Shown here in pieces: positions 26,381 through 35,609 of a DNA stretch of 36,529 nucleotides. Position 1 is the first letter of the stretch; each line of letters opens with the position of its first letter. Below the pieces are notes generated by a model, which was not told the DNA's origin, ran no database searches, and worked only from the letters and a program-made list of their open reading frames with translations. The stretch is from a virus (lineage: Duplodnaviria > Caudoviricetes). The DNA is taken from the IMG/VR virus record IMGVR_UViG_3300009507_003420, positions 1-36,529 of that record; one strand, written 5' to 3'. The position numbers and the translations under genes are program-made.

Positions 26381-27207
26381 TATATTTTCTCCTCTAGCCA
26401 CTTAACTATATCATTTGATAAAAAGCTGTTTTCGACATAATGCAATACGCCTGATTGTTTATATCCATTAATAATAATATCGTTATTTCCAAAATCAACA
26501 GTTAAAAGTTCTGTCCATTTAGATGGCGGATTATATAAATTTTGTAAATGCGGTTTCATATGTGTAAACTCTAATGTACTATTATCTAAACAGTATCCTT
26601 GCATATCTAATATTTTTAAGGCTATCGAAGCACTAACATCAACACTGCACCAGGCTTGAAAATCGTTAGGTGCATATTTTTTGTAAAATTCTTTCCAGTT
26701 TTTCATTATTATGTCTAGCAATACAAAAAACCTATGCGTACTTTCTGATTTTGAAAATTGATATAATCCTGTATACACATCAGGTAACCCGTTTGAATCA
26801 AACGTTTTCCTATAGTATCGAGAAGTAATTAGTTCGTTACGATAAGTCTTAACATTTTTTGTAAACAATAGTGGAGGTGATTTTGTAAAGCGTTGCCAAA
26901 CTTTATTAATATTATCTAACACTAACATATCTACATCCATAACAACTGTATTTTTGTATGGTGTTATGTGATAAACTTTCCAACGATTTTCAATTTTCCA
27001 TTGTTTGTTATTAGCACTATCTCCCCAAGGTATAGGTATAATTTTATCAAATACCTTTTGATACTTAGGAAGTACTTCGTCGTTAGTAATTAAACTTATA
27101 TTTGTTCTAGGACTGTTAGCAAGAACACTTAACGCTAGTGCATACGCTTGTCTAATATAATCTGTTGTATTGTTATTTTGTGCAACAAGACAAATGCCAT
27201 TACTCAT
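26380..27207 (-). CDS. GT8/mannosyltransferase-like nucleotide-sugar transferase
   Basis: YIRQAYALALS, TPYKNTVVMDVDML (DxD), YTGLYQFSK and FTHMKP. ATG at 27207 follows the AGGAG RBS. Confidence 0.7.
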   Translation of the reverse strand: MSNGICLVAQNNNTTDYIRQAYALALSVLANSPRTNISLITNDEVLPKYQKVFDKIIPIPWGDSANNKQWKIENRWKVYHITPYKNTVVMDVDMLVLDNINKVWQRFTKSPPLLFTKNVKTYRNELITSRYYRKTFDSNGLPDVYTGLYQFSKSESTHRFFVLLDIIMKNWKEFYKKYAPNDFQAWCSVDVSASIALKILDMQGYCLDNSTLEFTHMKPHLQNLYNPPSKWTELLTVDFGNNDIIINGYKQSGVLHYVENSFLSNDIVKWLEEKI

Positions 27208-28051
27208 TAGCAAACTCCTTGTCAATAAATTTATCTAAACTAAACTTGTTCATAATATGAGTAGTAGCATCGTCTAACTTAACAGCAAGATAATTGTTTT
27301 CTTTTTGTGCTAATAATTTTATACTACTGTTGTTTATATCTACTAGTACATCTTTATCAGTAGATACCCACATATCGGTAGGAATATCTAAAGGCCAGCT
27401 ACTATCCTCTACAAATCCTCGCATTGTATGTAATGCAATACTAAACGCGAAATCGTTTCTAAATTTTGTTTCTACAATATTATAAACTAATCTATAATAA
27501 TTATAATTTTCTTTAATGTGTGTTACTAAATCAAATACTGTTTTTGACGTATAACTCTTAGTAAAATAAAGTATTGTTGCCCAATACATTGGTATAGAAC
27601 TGTCGCTTATTCTATCAAAACTTTTATAAGATTTACTAGTATTTACTAATTGATAACTTTTAGCAATCATAAAATCTTCTGACATAGAAAAACAAGTTAG
27701 TAACTTATCATTACTAATTAATAAATCAGTATCAATAACTAACGTTTGTTCAAATACTGTAAGATCAAATGCACTATCTCTTGCACTGTTTTTCCAATCT
27801 AACTTGCCGTGGTTTCCATGTATTCCATCATAAAATACTTTGCTAGATGGTATAGGAGCAGTGCTATATGTAACTACATCGATGTATTTTTTATAAAACG
27901 GAAAACTTTTAATTAAATAATCTTCGTCGTCAGTTATTAATTGTACCGACAACTTTAGGTATTTTTTTATACGTTTTGCACAATATACGGCTTGCTTTAT
28001 ATAATCAATTGTATTGTTGTTAAAAGCAAATAAAACTACGCCTTGTTTCAT
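27200..28051 (-). CDS. GT8-like nucleotide-sugar transferase (paralogue)
   Basis: DYIKQA, FEQTLVIDTDLL (DxD), WATILYFTK, RNDFAFSIA and HIMNK. Confidence 0.7.
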   Translation of the reverse strand: MKQGVVLFAFNNNTIDYIKQAVYCAKRIKKYLKLSVQLITDDEDYLIKSFPFYKKYIDVVTYSTAPIPSSKVFYDGIHGNHGKLDWKNSARDSAFDLTVFEQTLVIDTDLLISNDKLLTCFSMSEDFMIAKSYQLVNTSKSYKSFDRISDSSIPMYWATILYFTKSYTSKTVFDLVTHIKENYNYYRLVYNIVETKFRNDFAFSIALHTMRGFVEDSSWPLDIPTDMWVSTDKDVLVDINNSSIKLLAQKENNYLAVKLDDATTHIMNKFSLDKFIDKEFANE

Positions 28052-28398
28052 AGACTAGTTAATCCTTCAACTGATCTGCTGACTTTTATTTTTTTATAAT
28101 CATATAAGTATTTTCTAGATGCAAAGGTGTAGACACCTAGTATCTGTCTTGTAAATTCTTTAAGGCTATTAACATCAAAAGGAATATTATTATCATCTAA
28201 TAAAACTGTTTCATCTTGATCTAATTGAAGCAAACTTTGACAAAAACTAATTAAACCCATGGTTACAGTTATTTTATGTCCGTCAGGAGTATAATGAATA
28301 AGATTATCTTTGTATTGCTTTAAAAAGATTCGTTTTTGATTGTTTTGTGTTTCTAAAAAATTAGAAAATTCTAGAGCTTTTTCTAGTCGTTCGTCCAT
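28048..28398 (-). CDS. hypothetical phage protein (116 aa), first gene of the GT/radical SAM operon
   Basis: AAGGAGA RBS; follows the sigma70 promoter; ATGA overlap with the next gene. Confidence 0.8.
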   Translation of the reverse strand: MDERLEKALEFSNFLETQNNQKRIFLKQYKDNLIHYTPDGHKITVTMGLISFCQSLLQLDQDETVLLDDNNIPFDVNSLKEFTRQILGVYTFASRKYLYDYKKIKVSRSVEGLTSL

Positions 28399-28423
28399 AA
28401 GATCTCCTTGTATATACTGTTAT

Positions 28424-28452
28424 AGTATACACTAAAACTAAGTGTTTGTCAA
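28424..28452 (-). promoter_or_regulatory. sigma70-type promoter TTGACA-N17-TATACT
   Basis: -35 TTGACA at 28452-28447, 17-nt spacer, -10 TATACT at 28429-28424, lying in the intergenic gap before an RBS. Confidence 0.85.
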
Positions 28453-28459
28453 GAGTTAA

Positions 28460-29368
28460 TTAGAAGGTATTTGAGCCGCCAGTAGCTACACTTGGTGCTG
28501 TAACTTCAACGTTTGAGCCTGTAGCACGTCTGTAATAGATAGCACTTGTAAGGGTGCCTTTGACGTTTTCGTCAACTGGTGGGCCTAAACCAGTTTGGTC
28601 GCCTGCATCATCCTCTCTAAATACTACACGTACTCTAATACCATTAGTAATATAGCGTATAAAGATTTGATAATCATTTTCTGCGTATGGATTTGTACCA
28701 CCATCTTGGAATATTTGAACTTCAGTACCGTTTGTATTTAAATCATACATACCTGTATTAGTAACTGTTCCTTGATTGCCGCCTCCATCTGCATATGCAC
28801 TTGTGTAATTTACACTTATATGTTTAGCATCGTTTACTAGACTTTTCCAGTCTAATGTCTTTGCTTCTGATCCTGTGTAAGATAAACTACTAACAACTTT
28901 TATTGTTCCGCCAGCGTTCCAAAATGCTTTAAATTCATTTGCACTTCCCCAGGTCAACTGTACATCATGTTGTTGTGTACCATTCCAATTAGATTTTGTT
29001 TGAGAACGTGCAGTAGATTGTGTACTTTGTGCTGTAGCCATTACAAATCTATTTGATGTTACTGTTGCTAGTGCTGTTTCAAATTCGTTATGTATTGCTG
29101 CTGTAATGCCCGTGTCTGTATCAACTGTTGTTAGTGCTACAGCACTATTAATTTGATGTGCGCTTGCTTTGCGTATATCACCTCTTAAACTGTTCCATTG
29201 TGATGCTGTAATTGTTGACCCTACACTCACTGATGGTGCTGTAATACCAACGTTGTATCCAGCGGAACCGTTTCCGCTTCCGGATGGTGTTCCCATTACT
29301 GTGTTTATACCGCTTCTTAATGTGGTATAATGTGTTTCATTAATACTTGAACCTACTGATACAGCCAT
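28460..29368 (-). CDS. virion structural (tail-associated) protein
   Basis: Ser/Thr/Gly/Ala-rich; ITASQWNSLR and FWNAGGTI motifs; last gene of the tail module, preceded by TATAAATA. Confidence 0.65.
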   Translation of the reverse strand: MAVSVGSSINETHYTTLRSGINTVMGTPSGSGNGSAGYNVGITAPSVSVGSTITASQWNSLRGDIRKASAHQINSAVALTTVDTDTGITAAIHNEFETALATVTSNRFVMATAQSTQSTARSQTKSNWNGTQQHDVQLTWGSANEFKAFWNAGGTIKVVSSLSYTGSEAKTLDWKSLVNDAKHISVNYTSAYADGGGNQGTVTNTGMYDLNTNGTEVQIFQDGGTNPYAENDYQIFIRYITNGIRVRVVFREDDAGDQTGLGPPVDENVKGTLTSAIYYRRATGSNVEVTAPSVATGGSNTF

Positions 29369-29395
29369 TATTTGTCCTTTTTTAAACTACGTACT

Positions 29396-29403
29396 TATTT
29401 ATA
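29396..29403 (-). promoter_or_regulatory. T4-type late promoter TATAAATA
   Basis: Exact motif overlapping the stop codon of the 29399 gene, upstream of the AAGGA RBS. Confidence 0.6.
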
Positions 29404-30907
29404 CTTTTAAAACACACTCGATTAACTTTTCGGAGTCGTCTTGACTTGATTCTAATGCAATTCCTACTAATGCTGTTGACGCAATAGTTGAACAAACACC
29501 ATCTTCCCAAGCATAAACAGGCTGTCCTTTTGTTACAGTTCCTTTTACTCTTACTGGAACACGCCCTTTAAGACCAATTGCTTGACCATCACAGTCGCTA
29601 TTCATTAAGTATGCTGGTTCTGCAGATATAACACCAATACACATATTACTTGCTTTTGCTGCTGTTGCTTCTTTTTCTCCCCCTACACACATTGCTGTGC
29701 CTGTTGGATAATCTTGATCCGTTACATAAACTTCTGCTAAGTCAGCATATCTTGCACTTGTTGCTGTACCTTGGAATAATACTGCATTTAAGTTTCCTGA
29801 TCCGTCTCTTACAGCTACAGTATTACCAGTACCTGTTCCGCTACTGTCTACTGATCCTACTCTAGTATTTCCACCTACAATAAGAGCACTTGCTTTTTCT
29901 GAAATTCCATAATAATTTCCAGCATATACATCATCAAATGGTGCTGCTGTAGACCCTATATCTATACTTCTATAAACGGTTGGACTTAAACTTTGTATAC
30001 CTGGTAAAATATTTCCTGGACGTATGTCAAGAACATTTACATTTGCGCCGCCGGATTCTTTTACTCTAAATTTAATTTCGTCGCCTTGAGAATTCTGTAT
30101 TACGCCTTCATTATCATTTTCGATAAACAATTTTAAATCTAATCCTGCACCAATTGCAATACCTGCATCTGTTTGGAAATTTGTTATTTCTGTGAATACT
30201 GTTGGTGCTCCAGGATTAGCTGTAACATAATTACTAGCAGAAATTCCATTAAGTTTTAATGCGTTAGATGCTGTTCCGTGGAATTGATGATCTGTACTTG
30301 TTACTCCAGCTGTAGCACTTTGCGTATTTTTTAATGTTACACCTTGTCTTACTACGTCAAATCCTGATATAGCGTTTTGGGCATCAGTTGAGTCAATTGT
30401 AAATTCTACTGGGCTTATTAAGAATTGTACATCATCGTTGACTGTTGCTGCAATTACACTTCTACTAATTGATCCAGTATCAAGAACTGTTTTACTTTGC
30501 ATTTGTGTAATGCCTGTACCTGCGTCTTGTGGACCTACAAGTACAAAGTCTGTGCCGTTATATGCATATAACTGTTGGTTAGTTGTATCCCACCAAAAAT
30601 CACCAGTTGATAACCCTGCTGGTGCTGTAGCACTAATCTCAGCGCCACCTGTTGTACGCCATTTGCCACCGTCATAAAATTTTAATTTGCTATTTGCTGT
30701 ATCAAACCATATTTGGCCTTGTATGGCTCTTGGTGGTTGATTTGCTCCTGCAAAGTTTTCTAAAAGAAATACAAAGTTTTCGTTTTGTATTTCGCCGTAC
30801 CCTGCATAATTTTTACCAACTAATTTAATATCAGTTGTTTGATCAATAGTACCATCTTGTACTATTGTAAGCTGGGTAGTATCATATTTGTTTATTGTAT
30901 ACGCCAT
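29399..30907 (-). CDS. tail fibre/baseplate-associated protein with C-terminal Peptidase_G2-like (intramolecular chaperone) domain
   Basis: Shared N-terminal module (GKNYAGYGE..NENF..LLENFA...GQIWFD) and C-terminal ARYADLAE...GVISAEPAYLMN...GRVPVRV. Confidence 0.75.
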   Translation of the reverse strand: MAYTINKYDTTQLTIVQDGTIDQTTDIKLVGKNYAGYGEIQNENFVFLLENFAGANQPPRAIQGQIWFDTANSKLKFYDGGKWRTTGGAEISATAPAGLSTGDFWWDTTNQQLYAYNGTDFVLVGPQDAGTGITQMQSKTVLDTGSISRSVIAATVNDDVQFLISPVEFTIDSTDAQNAISGFDVVRQGVTLKNTQSATAGVTSTDHQFHGTASNALKLNGISASNYVTANPGAPTVFTEITNFQTDAGIAIGAGLDLKLFIENDNEGVIQNSQGDEIKFRVKESGGANVNVLDIRPGNILPGIQSLSPTVYRSIDIGSTAAPFDDVYAGNYYGISEKASALIVGGNTRVGSVDSSGTGTGNTVAVRDGSGNLNAVLFQGTATSARYADLAEVYVTDQDYPTGTAMCVGGEKEATAAKASNMCIGVISAEPAYLMNSDCDGQAIGLKGRVPVRVKGTVTKGQPVYAWEDGVCSTIASTALVGIALESSQDDSEKLIECVLKV

Positions 30908-30921
30908 AGTTTATAAGCCCC

Positions 30922-30938
30922 TTGTTACAAGTATTTAT
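30922..30938 (-). promoter_or_regulatory. late promoter motif ATAAATACTTGTAACAA
   Basis: Intergenic, upstream of the AGGGG RBS; near-identical to 2475-2491. Confidence 0.7.
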
Positions 30939-30945
30939 CAGATCC

Positions 30946-32868
30946 TTACGGATATGCTATTGTGGAATTCCACGTCCACACTCCTGCTGTTATTGTGAAT
31001 GTCATAGTATATCTCGATGGATCTAGTGCTACAGTACCAGTAGCTGGATTAATGAATGCAATATCTTGTATAACTGATTCATTTTGTGTTCCTGCTGAAT
31101 CAACTGAGATAGTTGATTTTTGTAAAACCCCGGTTGCATTTGGCGAGGTAGATACAGTAATTTGAATTCCTGAAATTGTACTACTTGCATATGAAGTACA
31201 ATGTATTTTAGCAACTTTTCCATTTGCTGCTGCTGAAGCAGGATATACTGATTCTATAACAGATTTTACATCTGTAATTGGACCATCACCTACTCCTGGT
31301 GCATTTGGTGTTGTAAATCCTGTAATATCTAACGCCAACGACATTGGTTCAAATGCAATTTGTGTATCTACATAATTTTTATTTGCTACATCAGCTGCAA
31401 GTGTTGGATTAGCTACACCAGTAATTTTTTGTGAGTTAATTGTTATGTCACCAGTGGAACTAATATTTAAAGCACCAGTTGAGCTAATACTTCCAAGTGA
31501 AGCATCTCCGCTTACAGTTACACTAGTTAATATTCCTACATTTTCTAAAGATGAATTTACAACTCCAGCGCCTAATGTTGTTGCTGTAAGTACATTTGCA
31601 TTTGAAATTCTAAAAGACTTTCCTAATTCTAAATCAATATTTTGATTAGATGTAAAGTTTCCGGTAGCATTTTTCCATACAAAGTCTTTACTACCATTTA
31701 AACTATTAACTACAAATCCGCCGCCATCAACTCCTGCATCGTTTAGTTCTGTAGAGTCATCTGTAATACCTAATTGTATTTGCGGATCTTGTACTCTTAA
31801 TGTAGCAGAATCAATAATTGTGCTTGCGCCACCGATTGTTATGTTACCTTCAATAGCTAAGTTGCCTGTAACTCTTGCATCTCCAGTTACATCTAATGCA
31901 ACTGTTGGGGTACTTTGAAAAATACCAAATCTACCATTTAATGTATCAAATGTTAATCCATCTAATTGGTCAGATCCAACTTTTCTTCTGATTGCAAATG
32001 GTTGATTTTGATTTAAAATATCAATAACTGTTTTTGTATCTGTTTCTGTAGTTTTAAATTGTCCGTATGCTGTATCACCGTATCCAACTTTTACTCCAGT
32101 TTCACCTTTAACAAATAATCCACCGTCCATTGTTTGGTCAACAATAACATTACTACTATCTCTTTCGTTATTTCTAACAAAGTCAGTACTAGCAACTGAT
32201 ACCCCTTGTGCATCTACTAAGTTTTCAGCTGTTGATGCAATTCCATTCCATCTAAATGCAATAGCATCTCCGCTGTCTGCTGTATATAATGGATTAAATC
32301 CAACTTTAATTACTCTTCCTGCCGCATATGGTAATATTACATCTTCAGATCTTGGTGTAAACTGTGTTGCACTGTGTATACCAACTAGGTTTCCTTGTAT
32401 ATATTGTGCTAGGATTGCTCTAGTTTGGCCTGATGTATCAATCATAGTTACAGCTTCTAACAAAGTTTTTCCTTGTGTAGCTGTATAATTAGGTCCTACA
32501 GCAACAACATCTGTCCCATCATAAAAATATAATTTATTTTGTTCGTTGTCAATCCATAAATCACCTGCAACCATATTAGGCTGTGATGAACTAATAATTG
32601 GTCCGCCGGCAATTCTAAATGTTGTTCCATTATATATTTTTAAACGCTGATCTGAAGTATCGTACCAAAGCTGACCTGCTATAGCATTTGAAGGAGCACT
32701 AGTACTTGCAAAACTTTCAGTTAATTTAATAAAGTTTTCATTAATATATTCGCCGAATCCTTTGTAGTTTCTTCCTACAAGAGTTAGATCTGAAGATGTA
32801 GTATCAATTACTCCATCTTGTAATTCTACTAGGAGTGAGCCGTCTGTTTTGTTTAGTTTATAACTCAT
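30946..32868 (-). CDS. tail fibre/baseplate-associated structural protein
   Basis: Shared N-terminal module (GRNYKGFGE..NENF...GQLWYD, GDLWID), GIFQSTPTVALDVTG and DVANKNYVD fibre motifs. Confidence 0.75.
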   Translation of the reverse strand: MSYKLNKTDGSLLVELQDGVIDTTSSDLTLVGRNYKGFGEYINENFIKLTESFASTSAPSNAIAGQLWYDTSDQRLKIYNGTTFRIAGGPIISSSQPNMVAGDLWIDNEQNKLYFYDGTDVVAVGPNYTATQGKTLLEAVTMIDTSGQTRAILAQYIQGNLVGIHSATQFTPRSEDVILPYAAGRVIKVGFNPLYTADSGDAIAFRWNGIASTAENLVDAQGVSVASTDFVRNNERDSSNVIVDQTMDGGLFVKGETGVKVGYGDTAYGQFKTTETDTKTVIDILNQNQPFAIRRKVGSDQLDGLTFDTLNGRFGIFQSTPTVALDVTGDARVTGNLAIEGNITIGGASTIIDSATLRVQDPQIQLGITDDSTELNDAGVDGGGFVVNSLNGSKDFVWKNATGNFTSNQNIDLELGKSFRISNANVLTATTLGAGVVNSSLENVGILTSVTVSGDASLGSISSTGALNISSTGDITINSQKITGVANPTLAADVANKNYVDTQIAFEPMSLALDITGFTTPNAPGVGDGPITDVKSVIESVYPASAAANGKVAKIHCTSYASSTISGIQITVSTSPNATGVLQKSTISVDSAGTQNESVIQDIAFINPATGTVALDPSRYTMTFTITAGVWTWNSTIAYP

Positions 32869-34961
32869 GATGTTACTCCTGTATATATAATATAATTAAC
32901 TGTTTGGTATGGATTCATTATATTTAAATCATCACCTACAGTAGGTGCTAGTATTCCGCCACTTTTATCAATTGTTTGTGATAATTGATCAGCACCAGTT
33001 TGTATTGTACTTAATGATGCATCATCTGGCTTGTCGCCTCCTCTACCATCAACAGCTCTAATAGCTGTATATTGAACACCGTTTTCAGCTCGTAAATCGT
33101 GCTCGTGTTCTGGTAAATTATTAACATTTATTGTTGCTTCGTCAGTACCGTCAACAGCACCTAGTACACTTGAGTTAGAGTCTCTTGATCTAGTATCTGG
33201 AACGTCAACAGCTGGATTTGTACCACCCATAGTTAATGATCCTAAAGGAAATCTACCTCTAAGATCTGGTAGAGCAAAGTTTCCTGCTGTTACTAACCCC
33301 TGTGCTTTGTAAGTATATCCAATTAGTTGGTATAAAGTATTGTATACACCTTGACTTAATTCTTGTCCATTACAAAAAAACCAACCTGTAGCTGTAGGTT
33401 CAATATTTCCTGCAAATGGCATAATACTTCCGATAGGTGTAAGACCTGCAATATTTTGGAATAGTGTTCCTCTTGATATTCTTCTTAGCCCTGTACTAGA
33501 TCCGCTAATTCTATCAATAATAAATTCGTCATTTGATAAACTATCAGTTACTTGTTGTTTTCCAGAAATAATTGTATTCTTAATTGATATATTAAAATCT
33601 TTTACAGCTCCGCCTGTTTGTCCGTCAAATACATTTTCAACAGTTTCAACATCTCCTGTTAATCTAAATGTTGTAGAACTTGTAAGTTTATCAGCACTTC
33701 CTGATTTACCACTTACACTACCACTAACCGAGCCTTCTAAGGATCCAATAAATGTAGTTGCATACATTTTACGCCATTTATTTGTAGGACTACCAATGTT
33801 TCTTGTATTGTTTAAGTCCGGCATAATAAGTTCTGATTCAGTTGTGTCAACTGTGAGATCGTTATTACCTAATGTAATGCCTTTTTGTATAATAAGATTT
33901 TCGCCAACGTTTAAAGATTTAGCAACGCCAACGCCACCTTTTACAATTAACGCTCCATTACTTATAGTTGTACTTTCAGTTACATCATTAGTCCTAATTA
34001 TTCCGCTTGTTAATAAATTTCCAGTAACATCAAGTGCTTCATCAGGTGCTTCATTATTAATTCCAATTCGTAAACTACTGTCAACTCGAAGAACCGTTTT
34101 ACTTGCACCTGCATTACGCACACGCATATCAATATTTGATCCTTCAATATTGTGTTGTATTATACCAGCACTTCCTTCAATGCCGATCCCCATTTCGCCA
34201 TTAATACCATATGCAATACCTGTGTTATTTTGGATATTCAGTGGATTAGTTGAAGTAGATTCAACATCTCCTCTTAAAAAGTTTGCTGACGGAACAGCAA
34301 GGTCATTTACAATTAAATTTTCTGCTTGTTCTGCAACTCCATAAAATTTTACATTATTTTTTCCATCAGCATCAGTATCTCTGTTTGCTAAGTTAATACC
34401 TGGCTTAATTGCTGTAAAGCCTTGCACTGTTGCTTTAGGAACAAAGTCATCAAAAGCAACAATAGCAACAATATTTGCACTAACTTGAATTTCAATTACT
34501 GTGTATTCGATATTATCTTGACCAACAATAGTACTAGGTTTTGCACCTGTTGTTAATCCTTGACTAAATTCTGGACCAACTAGTATCCAAGTAGATCCTG
34601 AAAACAAATATAATTGCTGCGATGCTGTGTCAACCCATAAGTCGCCGTCTGTAGCGTCTGTTGGATCAGGTTGTGCTGTACTTTTTGCTAATCCACCGCT
34701 TGGTATCCAAGTTGTTCCATCATAAACTAATAGTTGTCCTGAAATACTATTGTACCAAAGTTGACCTTGTATAGAATTACTAGGTTCAGTTGGACTTGCA
34801 AAATTTTCTAATAAACGTAATAAGTCTTCTGAAATAACAGCACCATATCCTGTTGAATTTCTTCCTGGAAAACTTAGGCTTGTTGTATTGTTAATGGTAC
34901 CGTCTTCTATAACAATAGGATCTTTATCAGCACTATTTGTAAAATTTATTGTATATGCCAT
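32865..34961 (-). CDS. tail fibre protein with C-terminal phage tail-collar domain
   Basis: Shared N-terminal module; PIGSIMPFAG...GWFFCNGQ...LYQLIGYTY...FALPDLRGRFPLG...NLPEHEH...MNPYQTVNYII. Confidence 0.88.
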   Translation of the reverse strand: MAYTINFTNSADKDPIVIEDGTINNTTSLSFPGRNSTGYGAVISEDLLRLLENFASPTEPSNSIQGQLWYNSISGQLLVYDGTTWIPSGGLAKSTAQPDPTDATDGDLWVDTASQQLYLFSGSTWILVGPEFSQGLTTGAKPSTIVGQDNIEYTVIEIQVSANIVAIVAFDDFVPKATVQGFTAIKPGINLANRDTDADGKNNVKFYGVAEQAENLIVNDLAVPSANFLRGDVESTSTNPLNIQNNTGIAYGINGEMGIGIEGSAGIIQHNIEGSNIDMRVRNAGASKTVLRVDSSLRIGINNEAPDEALDVTGNLLTSGIIRTNDVTESTTISNGALIVKGGVGVAKSLNVGENLIIQKGITLGNNDLTVDTTESELIMPDLNNTRNIGSPTNKWRKMYATTFIGSLEGSVSGSVSGKSGSADKLTSSTTFRLTGDVETVENVFDGQTGGAVKDFNISIKNTIISGKQQVTDSLSNDEFIIDRISGSSTGLRRISRGTLFQNIAGLTPIGSIMPFAGNIEPTATGWFFCNGQELSQGVYNTLYQLIGYTYKAQGLVTAGNFALPDLRGRFPLGSLTMGGTNPAVDVPDTRSRDSNSSVLGAVDGTDEATINVNNLPEHEHDLRAENGVQYTAIRAVDGRGGDKPDDASLSTIQTGADQLSQTIDKSGGILAPTVGDDLNIMNPYQTVNYIIYTGVTS

Positions 34962-34965
34962 CTAA

Positions 34966-35580
34966 TTATCCTTCGTTAAAACCAGTTAAACTTTGTACTC
35001 TAACTGTATAATCAATTTGAATAAGTCTATTCAAACTTTTCTGTACAGGGTGGAAAATAACATGTGTTAGTAATCTGCCAGTTCCTGATGCACTATACGC
35101 TTTTAATCCTAATTCGTCAAATACATATAAACTATTTTGGTCTGCTGCTGTATCAAAAGCATCTTGACCTGTAGGTTCACCATAATCTAACAAACATGTT
35201 ACTAAAATATCTGTATAGTTTGTTCCGCTTACATGACGTGTTTCAATTTTATTTCTAGCAGGATCTAAATTGTTAACACTCCTGTCATCTACTATTTTTG
35301 TAAATGTTTCATTGTACAAACTAGCATTTGTACCTGTACTGTTTGGTGTTAGATATGTAATAATACCTGTTGGATCAACGCTTGTGCCGCCGTTTCCAAA
35401 CCCCATTTCGTATATCCAGCCTGTGCCAGCATTGCCTAAACTTTCAGCTAAACTAATACTCATATTTTCATAGTGAATAGCGTTACGTTTGTCTACAATT
35501 ACTTCGCCAGTTTCCGGGTTATGTATTTTGATGTGTCCTTGTAGTAACACACCGCTTTGTTCATTTAATTTATCTGTCAT
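34966..35580 (-). CDS. virion structural protein (baseplate/tail-associated)
   Basis: GHIKI...NAIHYEN...MGFGNGG...FDELGL...LTHVIFHPVQKS...IDYTVRV resembles baseplate/fibre-attachment domains; located in the tail module. Confidence 0.65.
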   Translation of the reverse strand: MTDKLNEQSGVLLQGHIKIHNPETGEVIVDKRNAIHYENMSISLAESLGNAGTGWIYEMGFGNGGTSVDPTGIITYLTPNSTGTNASLYNETFTKIVDDRSVNNLDPARNKIETRHVSGTNYTDILVTCLLDYGEPTGQDAFDTAADQNSLYVFDELGLKAYSASGTGRLLTHVIFHPVQKSLNRLIQIDYTVRVQSLTGFNEG

Positions 35581-35601
35581 AGTTTATACCATCCTGCTGT
35601 T

Positions 35602-35609
35602 GTATTTAT
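35602..35609 (-). promoter_or_regulatory. late promoter motif ATAAATAC
   Basis: Overlaps the stop of the upstream structural gene; precedes the AGGA RBS. Confidence 0.55.
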
